Below, piece after piece: positions 17,967 to 26,274 of a stretch of 64,000 nt of DNA. The notes under the pieces are model-generated. The model saw only the letters and a list, made by a program, of their open reading frames with translations. It ran no database searches and was not told the DNA's origin. The first letter of the stretch is position 1. Each line of letters begins with the position of its first letter. The DNA comes from Nanobdellati archaeon (GTDB lineage: Archaea > Nanobdellota > Nanobdellia > CSSed11-243R1), in the NCBI GenBank assembly GCA_027007025.1, contig JALTFL010000002.1:100006-164005 (forward strand), in the 5' to 3' direction. The position numbers and the translations under genes were made by a program.

Positions 17967-18380
17967 TCACCCACCTACAACCTCTTCAAGTGTGCTTGCT
18001 TTCTCTTTGTGTTCCTTGTATACTTTTCTTGCTAATCTAACTGAATTATAAACACCGTCTGCAGTTGCAGTTAATAGCCATATTGGTAGTGTTGGTAGAG
18101 AAATAGCTACAAGTGAAAGTCCTCCAACATAACCAGCTGCCAATGAAAGGGTTTTTCCATGTTCTGAGCTGTCTATTTTATTTATGGACAAACTTGCAGC
18201 ACCGCCTATTGTTTTTGGAATATACTCTGGAGAATGTTTCTTAATCTCATCTAAATTACGAACTGAATACTTTGCCTCTACGTACGCTGATTCATAAAGC
18301 CAACCCCAAAAATCTATTGCCATCCCTGTACTTGCAGCAAATAGCTTTCCATATTCCTTAAGTTTTGATTTATACTCCAT
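17967..18380 (-). CDS. Hypothetical protein with hydrophobic segment, first gene of the orphan operon
   Basis: GGTGATAAAAATG SD/start; LSLAAGYVGGLSLVAISLPTLPIWLLTA. Confidence 0.75.
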   Translation of the reverse strand: MEYKSKLKEYGKLFAASTGMAIDFWGWLYESAYVEAKYSVRNLDEIKKHSPEYIPKTIGGAASLSINKIDSSEHGKTLSLAAGYVGGLSLVAISLPTLPIWLLTATADGVYNSVRLARKVYKEHKEKASTLEEVVGG

Positions 18381-18401
18381 TTTTATCACCCACTTACTTT
18401 T

Positions 18402-18440
18402 GTTATCTGTAAGTAGTAACTATACAGTAAAATTTATATA
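18402..18440. promoter_or_regulatory. Divergent promoter with TATA box and candidate 19-bp operator
   Basis: GTTACTACTTACAGATAAC (minus strand, 18402-18420) near TTTATATA (18433-18440). Confidence 0.5.
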
Positions 18441-18467
18441 TTATGTATGTATTGTATATACTTATAT

Positions 18468-19295
18468 ATGGTAATTAAAAAACTGCAAAAATCGGGGAAC
18501 TCATACTCAGTTTACCTTCCTGTGGACTGGGCAAGGAAAATTAATGGAAAAGAAGTAAAACTTGAGGTTACTCCGCTTGGTATTCTTGAAATTTCCCCAG
18601 TGGGCTTGGAAAAGGAGGTATCACTGAAAAAGGATTTAGTGGTAAAATCCTTAGATGTGGATTTTGTGATACGGAACGTTGCAGCGTTGTATGTAGATGG
18701 ATATGACGAGTTTAGAATACTTTTTGAAAAGGGGTTGGAAAACAAAACTCGCTCAAAATTAAATAAAGAATTGATCAATAGGGGATTAAGCCAATATATA
18801 ATTGATTTTGATGAAAGAGAGATTTCTTTCAAGATACCTCCCGGATTTTTGCCTCCGGAAGATTTGTGGGAACTAATTCTTCAAAGGGTAAAAAAAGCAA
18901 TTTTGTCAATTGAGTACGGCGAACATTCTGATGCCAAAGAATACAGAAGGGAGTATATTTTTAATATGCTTATTTTTCAAAGGATGTACACCTCACTTTT
19001 AAGAAAGCCATTTCTTATAAGCGGGTTTAAATTTTCTTCTTCGGAAGTTTTTGATATGTTACAAATCCTGTATTCCGCTAAAGAGATGGCTGATTGGATT
19101 GTTAAAGAAAAAGTTGATGTTAATGACATAAAGCAATCTGTTAATGTTATGGACATGCTTATGAAATTCATAAAGAAAAAGGATTTCGGCTTGGCTCAAG
19201 AGATATCCGCAGTAAAGAAGAAAATAGAAGATAAAGTATTATTCCTTCAAGTTAAGATAATTGAAAGAACTTTGCTTAACTGGTCGCTTCTTTAG
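18468..19295 (+). CDS. AbrB/MazE-type DNA-binding domain fused to PhoU-like helical domain (archaeal PhoU-type regulator)
   Basis: KKLQKSGNSYSVYLPVDW N-terminus; RNVAALYVDGYDEFRI typical of archaeal AbrB-PhoU proteins. Confidence 0.75.
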   Translation: MVIKKLQKSGNSYSVYLPVDWARKINGKEVKLEVTPLGILEISPVGLEKEVSLKKDLVVKSLDVDFVIRNVAALYVDGYDEFRILFEKGLENKTRSKLNKELINRGLSQYIIDFDEREISFKIPPGFLPPEDLWELILQRVKKAILSIEYGEHSDAKEYRREYIFNMLIFQRMYTSLLRKPFLISGFKFSSSEVFDMLQILYSAKEMADWIVKEKVDVNDIKQSVNVMDMLMKFIKKKDFGLAQEISAVKKKIEDKVLFLQVKIIERTLLNWSLL

Positions 19296-20323
19296 GCGAG
19301 AATTTCAAGTGCTTTCTCTTTTGTGGTTTTGATTAGCCCTTTTGGAATGCTTACTTCTCCGAGATTTGTTCTTGTCATATCATCTTTTGTATATTCAAAT
19401 TCTCCAATTTCGGAGTAGGATATAGGCAATATGACTTCATCTTTTTTGAGATCGGTATCATCAATCAACATTTTGTACGCTTCAAGCTTCGATTCCCTCG
19501 GCATTTTGAAGTAATTGTCCTTAAATTGCTCAATTTTTTTGACTCCATCTGCTAAGCTTTTAGCCGGATGCTTCGCAAGGAACTTCGCCATGACCAATCC
19601 TTCCATTTCAAGCAGTTTCGGATTGTAAATGGCAATTTCTGACAAATCTCCCAAGAGCCAACCTATATCCTGGTAGGGCGTTCCCTTTGTAATCGTTTCT
19701 GTGTCGACAAGATAAACCTCGTTTGTTTTCGAGTTGTAAACAAAGTTGCTTAACCTTGGGTCAAATATGATTGTGCTTGATTCTTCTCCTTCCAAATAGG
19801 GTATCAATCCTCTGTCTTTTACAAGCGTTTCAAGCCCCTTTTGGCGCTTCGCCTTTCTTGAGGGGATGTCGTGGATTTTTGACATATAATCAACTGCCTT
19901 CAAAACAGCGTCTCTTTTTTTGCTTTCTGGGGTGTTAGTGTCTTTTAAATAGTCTTCAAGATTTTCCCCTTCAATTCTTTCCTTTGTGATAATGTACACA
20001 TCTCCAGCTTTTGTTTTAATTTTCTTGGCATCAACTATTTTTGGAACGTTTAATCCGTATTTTTCGAGCAGTTGTGTGTTGTATATTTCTCTTTCAAATG
20101 AACCTTTTGCGGTTTTTATACCCTTATAGTCATCTCTATCATAAAATACTTTATACACAAATTTGTCATCTCCGAACACTTTGGAGTATGTTCCGTTTGT
20201 TCCCCCCTCAAATTGCTTCATGCCCGTAAACATGTCGTCGACTAGTTCAGAAATGCCATTATATTCGGCGCTCCCGCTGGATAATCTTTTGTAAGCGCCT
20301 TTTAGGAGATTTAATAAATTCAT
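19292..20323 (-). CDS. Protein-kinase-like fold enzyme (APH/RIO/Bud32-like)
   Basis: Gly loop GGTNGTYSKV, VYK, alphaC FERE, VPKI, ERIEG, catalytic DPRLSN, LVDTE, PYQDIG. Confidence 0.8.
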   Translation of the reverse strand: MNLLNLLKGAYKRLSSGSAEYNGISELVDDMFTGMKQFEGGTNGTYSKVFGDDKFVYKVFYDRDDYKGIKTAKGSFEREIYNTQLLEKYGLNVPKIVDAKKIKTKAGDVYIITKERIEGENLEDYLKDTNTPESKKRDAVLKAVDYMSKIHDIPSRKAKRQKGLETLVKDRGLIPYLEGEESSTIIFDPRLSNFVYNSKTNEVYLVDTETITKGTPYQDIGWLLGDLSEIAIYNPKLLEMEGLVMAKFLAKHPAKSLADGVKKIEQFKDNYFKMPRESKLEAYKMLIDDTDLKKDEVILPISYSEIGEFEYTKDDMTRTNLGEVSIPKGLIKTTKEKALEILA

Positions 20324-20337
20324 ATTTTACCTCACCT

Positions 20338-20366
20338 GTTACTACTATAAAGTAATTATTTATAAA
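20338..20366. promoter_or_regulatory. Kinase promoter: TATA box plus candidate 19-bp operator
   Basis: GTTACTACTATAAAGTAAT 20338-20356 lies between TTTATAAA (20359-20366) and the GGTGAGG SD. Confidence 0.55.
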
Positions 20367-20426
20367 TGTTTCTATTTATAGCTAAATCTAGTTTAGATAA
20401 ATTGCCATATACCATTTATTCTGCTT

Positions 20427-20882
20427 TCAGAAGCAGTCAAATGGGCGAAGCGCGTCTTTGTAGTTTATCTCAAATGCGCGAGCCAATCGTTCGGGCGCGC
20501 CTTCCAGATAATCCACTTTGTCTGTTTCGAGAAATTGGGAAAGCTCGTCTATGGAATGTATGACTGTTGCTTCTTTTGTGTCCATCCTCATTACCAGCGC
20601 GCTTTTTTCGTTTGCAAGAATTTCCAGGTTGAATATATTATTCAGTCTTTCCTGAGAGTAGTAAGCTCCATCTGAAAAACCATGTACGCTCCACCTGTCG
20701 GAATCCATAACCTCATATAAATCTCTTGAGAAAACATAATCCCGCGTGTAAAATCCATTGCGGTCGAGGTATTTGCTTATCTCCTGCACTAGTTTTGGTG
20801 TTGTCTTCACACTTACTGTTACTTCTCCTTTAAGACGTTGTAGTAATCTGTCAATATCTATTGGTTTCATAATTTCAACCAA
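20427..20882 (-). CDS. Hypothetical protein
   Basis: 151-aa ORF filling the gap; no motif recognised. Confidence 0.6.
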   Translation of the reverse strand: MVEIMKPIDIDRLLQRLKGEVTVSVKTTPKLVQEISKYLDRNGFYTRDYVFSRDLYEVMDSDRWSVHGFSDGAYYSQERLNNIFNLEILANEKSALVMRMDTKEATVIHSIDELSQFLETDKVDYLEGAPERLARAFEINYKDALRPFDCF

Positions 20883-20908
20883 ATTGTTATAACTGTATTG
20901 TGTTTAAA

Positions 20909-22663
20909 TTACTTTCGCTGGCTTGCCTTGAATTCCTCAATGATTTTCAACTCCTCGTCCGTCAAATCGTTTGAGAATTTGCTTTCAATTATTTCAAGGT
21001 GGCTTCTTGGAATGAAGACGAAAAGTTCGTCGCCCTCGTGGATATTTCTTCCCACAACACCCTTCGATATAGAAATAGCGACTTTGTCGCCGGATTTTGC
21101 TTCCGAAACTGACTTTCCTTCGTTTTGGATTTCCTTTATCTCTCCGACTTCCTTTCCGTCCTTTCTTATGAGGCGCACCTTTGTTTTTATTCTGCCGAAA
21201 ACCTCGACACCCACAACTGCAGGGTTGCTCTGCCTGAATATATAGCCTTTGAGAACTTTTATTTTTCCGGGCCAAACAAGCTTTTCGTTTGCAATTCTCC
21301 TTTCTTCTTCTATCTGCTGTTCCTTCCATTCTTTGTATTTTTCAAATAAGGTGTAAATTATGTTGGCGGAAAATATTTGGATATCATTGTCGTCAGCCAG
21401 CTGCTTGACATCTTTCGGGACATCTATATTGAACGCGAATATGACGCCGTGCAGCTTGTTTTTTTCCTTCATGAGCTTGGCTTCGACGACGTCGCTTTTG
21501 GTTACTCCTCCAATTCCCGCTTTTCTTATCGGGAGGTTTATCTGCTTGAACATACCCTCGAGGGCCTCCACCGCCCCGACGGAGTCCGCCTTTATGATTA
21601 CACCTTCATCCTCCCTTTCAAACAGGATGCTCTTTATTTCTTTTGAGAGTTCCTCTTTTGCACTTTCAACTTCTTCTTTCGTGTTGGCAACCCTAAGCGA
21701 CATTCCCGCGACTGCATTGTCTAGGTTTGGCGCCGAGATTTTTATTCCCGCCGCTGCCGAAACCTCATTTTCAGATTGGAATTGTCCCTTTTCTCTCAAT
21801 TCCTTCAAAGGCGAAGGCTTCAATATTGCTCTGACCTTTGTGACTATAGGTCCGTCTATGCCACCTATTACAATTGTGTCTCCCTTTTTCAAAATTCCAT
21901 CATAGAGAATTACATCAATTGTCTTCCCCAGCCCCTTAATTTCTTTTACTTCAAGGATGCTTCCCTTTGCAGGACCGCTTACCTCAATTTTCAGTTTTTC
22001 CTCTAGGAATCTTTGGGCAAGTCCAGTTAAGAGCATAAGAAGTTCTCCAATCCCCTCCTTAGTTATCCCTGACACAGGGACTATCGCAACCTTTTTTGTG
22101 TAATCTTCCACTCTGTCAAACCTTTCGGATTCAATCCCATAATCAGACAGTGAAATTACCAGCTTGTAAATTTGGTTGTCAAGCTCCTGCTGAACATGTT
22201 CCATTTGCTGCTTTATGCTTTCGGAGAAAAACATTGTCTTTTGTGGTTTCCACCCGTGTATCAAATCAATCTTGTTTGCTGCGACTATAAAAGGTACCTT
22301 GAATTGTTTCAACATTGATATTGCTTCTCTTGTCTGTGCCTTGAATCCCTCATTTATATCAACCACCAAAATCGCCAAATCTGAAATTGAGCCTCCACGC
22401 TTTCTTAGATTTGTAAATGCCTCGTGTCCAGGGGTGTCAATCATTAAAAGTCCGGGTATTGTGAATTTTATATTCATTGAATCCAATGCCTTCCCACAAA
22501 TTTTCTTTATTACTTCAAGTGGTATTTCTGAAGCACCGACGTGTTGTGTTATAGCACCAGCTTCCTTCCTCGCGACGGTGGTGCCTCTAATAGCATCTAA
22601 TATTGTCGTTTTACCATGGTCTATATGTCCAACTACTGTTATAATTGGCTGGCGTGTTTTCAT
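20909..22663 (-). CDS. infB: Translation initiation factor aIF5B (IF2)
   Basis: GHIDHGKTT, EAGAITQHVGA, DTPGHEAF, NKID. Confidence 0.98.
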   Translation of the reverse strand: MKTRQPIITVVGHIDHGKTTILDAIRGTTVARKEAGAITQHVGASEIPLEVIKKICGKALDSMNIKFTIPGLLMIDTPGHEAFTNLRKRGGSISDLAILVVDINEGFKAQTREAISMLKQFKVPFIVAANKIDLIHGWKPQKTMFFSESIKQQMEHVQQELDNQIYKLVISLSDYGIESERFDRVEDYTKKVAIVPVSGITKEGIGELLMLLTGLAQRFLEEKLKIEVSGPAKGSILEVKEIKGLGKTIDVILYDGILKKGDTIVIGGIDGPIVTKVRAILKPSPLKELREKGQFQSENEVSAAAGIKISAPNLDNAVAGMSLRVANTKEEVESAKEELSKEIKSILFEREDEGVIIKADSVGAVEALEGMFKQINLPIRKAGIGGVTKSDVVEAKLMKEKNKLHGVIFAFNIDVPKDVKQLADDNDIQIFSANIIYTLFEKYKEWKEQQIEEERRIANEKLVWPGKIKVLKGYIFRQSNPAVVGVEVFGRIKTKVRLIRKDGKEVGEIKEIQNEGKSVSEAKSGDKVAISISKGVVGRNIHEGDELFVFIPRSHLEIIESKFSNDLTDEELKIIEEFKASQRK

Positions 22664-22736
22664 GAGTTAACTTATTAAATTTTGATTTAAAAACCTTAGG
22701 ACAAAATTTATTAAACCCTTGTACCTAAGTTATGGT

Positions 22737-22886
22737 ATGGATGAACCAAACTTTCAAGATGCTGAATCTGAATCTCCTGAACCAAGCGATGTTAGTGGGA
22801 TATGGAATTTGTTGACTCCCGAACAGAAGAAACGTTTCAAAAAAATTACAGAAAAGAATAAAGAAAATTTAAGTTATATAGGCTAA
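22737..22886 (+). CDS. 49-aa microprotein not in the ORF track
   Basis: TTTATTAAA box upstream, ATG22737-TAA22886, T-tract downstream; MDEPNFQDAESESPEPSDVSGIWNLLTPEQKKRFKKITEKNKENLSYIG. Confidence 0.55.
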   Translation: MDEPNFQDAESESPEPSDVSGIWNLLTPEQKKRFKKITEKNKENLSYIG

Positions 22887-22931
22887 GCTTTTTCTTTTTT
22901 AAAAAGAAAAATCTTGGAAAAAGAAAACTTT

Positions 22932-23582
22932 TTAGATTAATTTTTTCTCTTTTAGTATTGACATTATTTTGTCGACTTGTTCTTCTGGTGGAACATCAAT
23001 TCTATCTGTTGTTACTGTCATTAAAATTCCTTTTTCTTTGTAGAAATCAATTAATGGCTCTGTCTTTTCGTGGTAAATTTTTAATCTTTCTTTTATTGCT
23101 TCTGGCTTGTCATCATCTCTTTGAATTAATTTTGTCCCACATTTATCACAAATCTCATCTACTTTTGGCTTTAAGTAAAGTAAGTTATATATTGTCCCAC
23201 ATTTTGGACAAATTCTTCTTGAAGAGAGTCGTTTTATAATTATTTCTTCTGGAACATCTAAATTTATTACAACATTGATATTAGTTATCCCTTCAAGTGC
23301 TTTTGCCTGTTCAATTGTCCTTGGAAATCCGTCGAGGATAAATCCGTTCTTGGCGTCGTCTTTTTCGAGCCTCTTTTTAAGTGCATTAATGACAATTTCA
23401 TCTGGAACAAGTTCGCCGCTGTCTTGGTATTTTCTTATTATCCCTCCTATTTCGGGGTCATCTCTCGCAGCCCTCAATAAGTCACCTGTTGATATTGTGG
23501 GTATCCCAAGCTTTGGTGCCATCCTTGTGGCATATGTTCCTTTGCCTGCGCCTGGAGGTCCAAGCATGATTACTTTTACCAT
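22932..23582 (-). CDS. adk: Bacterial-type adenylate kinase with zinc LID
   Basis: GPPGAGKGT, ISTGDLLR, GFILDGFPR, CPKC...CDKC, QRDDD. Confidence 0.97.
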   Translation of the reverse strand: MVKVIMLGPPGAGKGTYATRMAPKLGIPTISTGDLLRAARDDPEIGGIIRKYQDSGELVPDEIVINALKKRLEKDDAKNGFILDGFPRTIEQAKALEGITNINVVINLDVPEEIIIKRLSSRRICPKCGTIYNLLYLKPKVDEICDKCGTKLIQRDDDKPEAIKERLKIYHEKTEPLIDFYKEKGILMTVTTDRIDVPPEEQVDKIMSILKEKKLI

Positions 23583-23752
23583 CACTTATTCACCTTCCGT
23601 ACCCATCTGACTTTTCGTGGGTTCCTTTTGAGTTTTAGCGCGTTCTTTTCGCACTTTGACGAGCAGAACCATCTAATTTTACCATCATTTTTGACATACA
23701 TTACACCTTTATGTTCTGCTATTTCTTTTCCGCAAAATGAGCATTTAGGCAA
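23582..23752 (-). CDS. rpl24e: 50S ribosomal protein L24e (TTG start, not in the ORF track)
   Basis: MPKCSFCG...GVMYVKNDG...FCSSKCEK...RNPRKVRW. Confidence 0.95.
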   Translation of the reverse strand: MPKCSFCGKEIAEHKGVMYVKNDGKIRWFCSSKCEKNALKLKRNPRKVRWVRKVNK

Positions 23753-23754
23753 TT

Positions 23755-24075
23755 TCACCGCCTCCCACGTCTAGACAATGGAGCAGCTTCCATTTCTGTG
23801 TCTATTAACATTAATATATCACCAATCTTCACAGGCCCCTTTACGTTTCTTCTCAGGACCTTTCCAGCGTCCCTGCCTGCAAGAACTTTGCACCTAATTT
23901 GAGTTACTTCTCCCCTTACACCTGTACGTGATACAAATTCAATTACCTTTGCGGGAGTTGAGTCTTTGTAAGTCTCAAATTTCTGCTCTTCTTCTGTTAG
24001 AGCTTCCTTTCGTCTTTCTCTTTTTCTTGGCCTTCCTCGCCTTGGCCTTCTATCATTTGTTTTTCTTTCTGCCAT
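23755..24075 (-). CDS. rps28e: 30S ribosomal protein S28e with Arg-rich N-terminal extension
   Basis: PAKVIE...[13 protein letters not shown]...[13 protein letters not shown]. Confidence 0.95.
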   Translation of the reverse strand: MAERKTNDRRPRRGRPRKRERRKEALTEEEQKFETYKDSTPAKVIEFVSRTGVRGEVTQIRCKVLAGRDAGKVLRRNVKGPVKIGDILMLIDTEMEAAPLSRRGRR

Positions 24076-24081
24076 TTATCA

Positions 24082-24456
24082 TCACTCTTTCTTTTCGAGT
24101 TTTTTGAGTTCTTGAGTAAGATCAACTAACTGCTTCTTTGCGTCTCCAGCATCCAATACTGCCACTGCAGATGTTGGAACTTCTAAGCCAACAGCTGAGC
24201 CTAACTCTTTTTTGGATGTTGCGACTACAAAAGGTATTTTCTTTTCATCGCACAATGGAGGCAAGTGCATTACAATTTCGGGTGGGTTTATGTCGTTTGC
24301 GACTACAACAAGTTTTGCTTTTTCTCTTTCAATTGCTTTTGTTGCCTCGTTTATACCCTTCCTAACCTTGCCGGTATTTTTTGCGATTTCAATTATTTCC
24401 AATGCTTTGTTGACTAACTCTTTTGGTAGTTCAACTTTAGCATAAGTAATAGCCAT
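24082..24456 (-). CDS. rpl7ae: 50S ribosomal protein L7Ae
   Basis: GKVRKGINEATKAIER, PPEIVMHLP, SKKELG; start reassigned after a GGAGG SD. Confidence 0.97.
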   Translation of the reverse strand: MAITYAKVELPKELVNKALEIIEIAKNTGKVRKGINEATKAIEREKAKLVVVANDINPPEIVMHLPPLCDEKKIPFVVATSKKELGSAVGLEVPTSAVAVLDAGDAKKQLVDLTQELKKLEKKE

Positions 24457-24652
24457 ATATATCCCTCCTTCAAACGGTTTTACCGTTTTCATTAGTCATT
24501 TGGTAAAGAAAAGGAAAATTGAGGCATTTATAAATGTTTTCTATTGTCTTATCACATACTATTAATCATCGTTATAGATAATCTGTATTCTTCTATTCTA
24601 TATATATTACACAAACTTTTAGGATATTATTCTGGAATTTTATAGAAAATTG

Positions 24653-25176
24653 CTAAGAATTAATCCCGCATATTTTTTTGATTATTTTTATTCTCTCTTT
24701 TAATTCTATAAATGGAATTTTATGTACCTCATAGCCAAGTTCTCTGTACGTTTCTTCTATAATTTTACTAATTTTTTTTGAAGTTTCTTCATTTTCCATT
24801 CTCACACCATCTTCTTCGAAGAATGGTGCTTGTTCTAGTAGAATTACTTTGTGATACTTTGCATGCTTTTTAATGGCTGAGGTTAGCCATTCCGGGGGTT
24901 TAGTCCCCTTACTTTAAAGTAAGCAATGCTTTCTGGTATGTCTATATCTAAAAATGTCAATTCTCCTTTTTTAATCTGTTTATTTCTTTCTAAGGTTCTT
25001 ATTAATATTTCATATTGAAACTTATGAAAATCTTTAGGATGTCTCTTTCTATTCTTTTGATAGTCTATAAGTATTTGGCGAGGAACTTCGTGTAAAACTT
25101 TGTGTCCTTCTTCTTCTAGGTGCTTTATAGTGGTTGTTTTGCCAGAACACGGACCCCCCGTTATGACTATTTTCAT
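24653..25176 (-). pseudogene. AAA_28/NadR-like P-loop NTPase interrupted by a 1-nt frameshift
   Basis: MKIVITGGPCSGKTT...; after the C5 run (G5 at 24894-24898 on plus) the -1 frame continues PEWL...YHKVILLE...EDGVRMEN...YRELGYEV..IP....ER to TAG at 24653. Confidence 0.75.
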
Positions 25177-25229
25177 TAGGAGATAATTAACCATAATGTT
25201 TAATAAATTTTTAGTTGCTTCTTTTTCCT

Positions 25230-25928
25230 ATGAAAGCATTAATTTTAGCTGCGGGTAGAGGAGTTAGGATGGGGCAACTGACGCAGGATACTCCAAAAGT
25301 TCTTGTTGGAGTTGCCGGGAAGCCATTTTTATATTACTTATTGAGAAACTTGCAGAAGGCAGGGTTTATAGAAATAGGAGTTGTTGTCGGATACAAGAAG
25401 GAAAAGATTTTCGAGTTTGCTAATCGCTTTGGTTTTAATTTGCATTTCATCGAACAGCCTGAGCTTCTTGGGACCGGTGATGCAATTCTTAAATCAAAAG
25501 GGTGGATAGGAAACGAAGATTTTGTTGTTGTTATGGGTGACAATTTATACTCCGAAGATGATTTGAAAAATATTTCCAATCTAAAAAATAAGTTTAATTA
25601 TGTTGCCGCGTTTAAGAGCACCCATCCACAGGACTATGGCGTCCTTGAAACTGCCGGAAGAAATTTGCTGAAGATTGACGAAAAACCTTCGAATCCGAAA
25701 AGCGATTTAATTAACACAGGGTTGTATAAGTTCACCCCACAAATTTTTGAGGAACTGCTTAAAATAGGAAAATCCCCAAGGGGTGAACTGGAGCTCACGG
25801 ACGCGATTACCAATCTTGCTTCATTAGGCAAAGTTAAAATCTATAAGCTAAAAGACTATTGGATTGACATGTCCGTTAAGGATGATTTGCCGAAGGTTGA
25901 AGATAGGATTAAAAAGTTGGGTTTATGA
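25230..25928 (+). CDS. Sugar-phosphate nucleotidyltransferase (RmlA/GlmU N-domain family)
   Basis: LILAAGRGVRM...PK, GTGDA, GDN, EKP, SPRGELELTD. Confidence 0.92.
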   Translation: MKALILAAGRGVRMGQLTQDTPKVLVGVAGKPFLYYLLRNLQKAGFIEIGVVVGYKKEKIFEFANRFGFNLHFIEQPELLGTGDAILKSKGWIGNEDFVVVMGDNLYSEDDLKNISNLKNKFNYVAAFKSTHPQDYGVLETAGRNLLKIDEKPSNPKSDLINTGLYKFTPQIFEELLKIGKSPRGELELTDAITNLASLGKVKIYKLKDYWIDMSVKDDLPKVEDRIKKLGL

Positions 25929-26194
25929 AAAGATTTCATATTTTTGTTTCTGGAAAAGTACAGGGTGTTTTCTTCAGAGCAAATGCTACCAAAGTTGCGA
26001 ATAAGTTAGGAGTTAAAGGTTGGATTAGAAATCTCGATGATGGGAGGGTTGAAGTTGTCGCAGAAGGAAGAAAGGAAAAGCTTGACAAATTAATTAAATG
26101 GTTGAAAAAAGGTCCTTTTCTCGCGAAGGTATATGATTTGGTAATTGAGGAAGGAAAACCAACAGGGGAGTTTGAAGAGTTTGAAAGAAGATAA
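25925..26194 (+). CDS. acyP: Acylphosphatase
   Basis: VSGKVQGVFFR, GWIRNLDDGRVE. Confidence 0.95.
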   Translation: MKRFHIFVSGKVQGVFFRANATKVANKLGVKGWIRNLDDGRVEVVAEGRKEKLDKLIKWLKKGPFLAKVYDLVIEEGKPTGEFEEFERR

Positions 26195-26274
26195 TTTAAG
26201 ACAAGGATATTTTGGATACACATTCTTTTCCCAGCCCATAATACGTCCATAAAAAATATTTTTTCGCGAGTTTT

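Noticed and set aside
13965-18389. Shared N-terminal MIKM/MINM peptide on six ORFs
   Set aside because: Artefact of the ORF caller starting at the GTG inside the SD GGTGAT-N4-ATG; the true start is the second Met.
19292-20323. Kinase as the KEOPS subunit Bud32
   Set aside because: Longer than typical Bud32, lacks HGDLTTSN and DFGL, and is not linked to kae1; kept as an unassigned kinase.
13965-20882. Provirus or integrative element
   Set aside because: No integrase, packaging ATPase, capsid-like ORF, tRNA attachment site or flanking direct repeats recognised.
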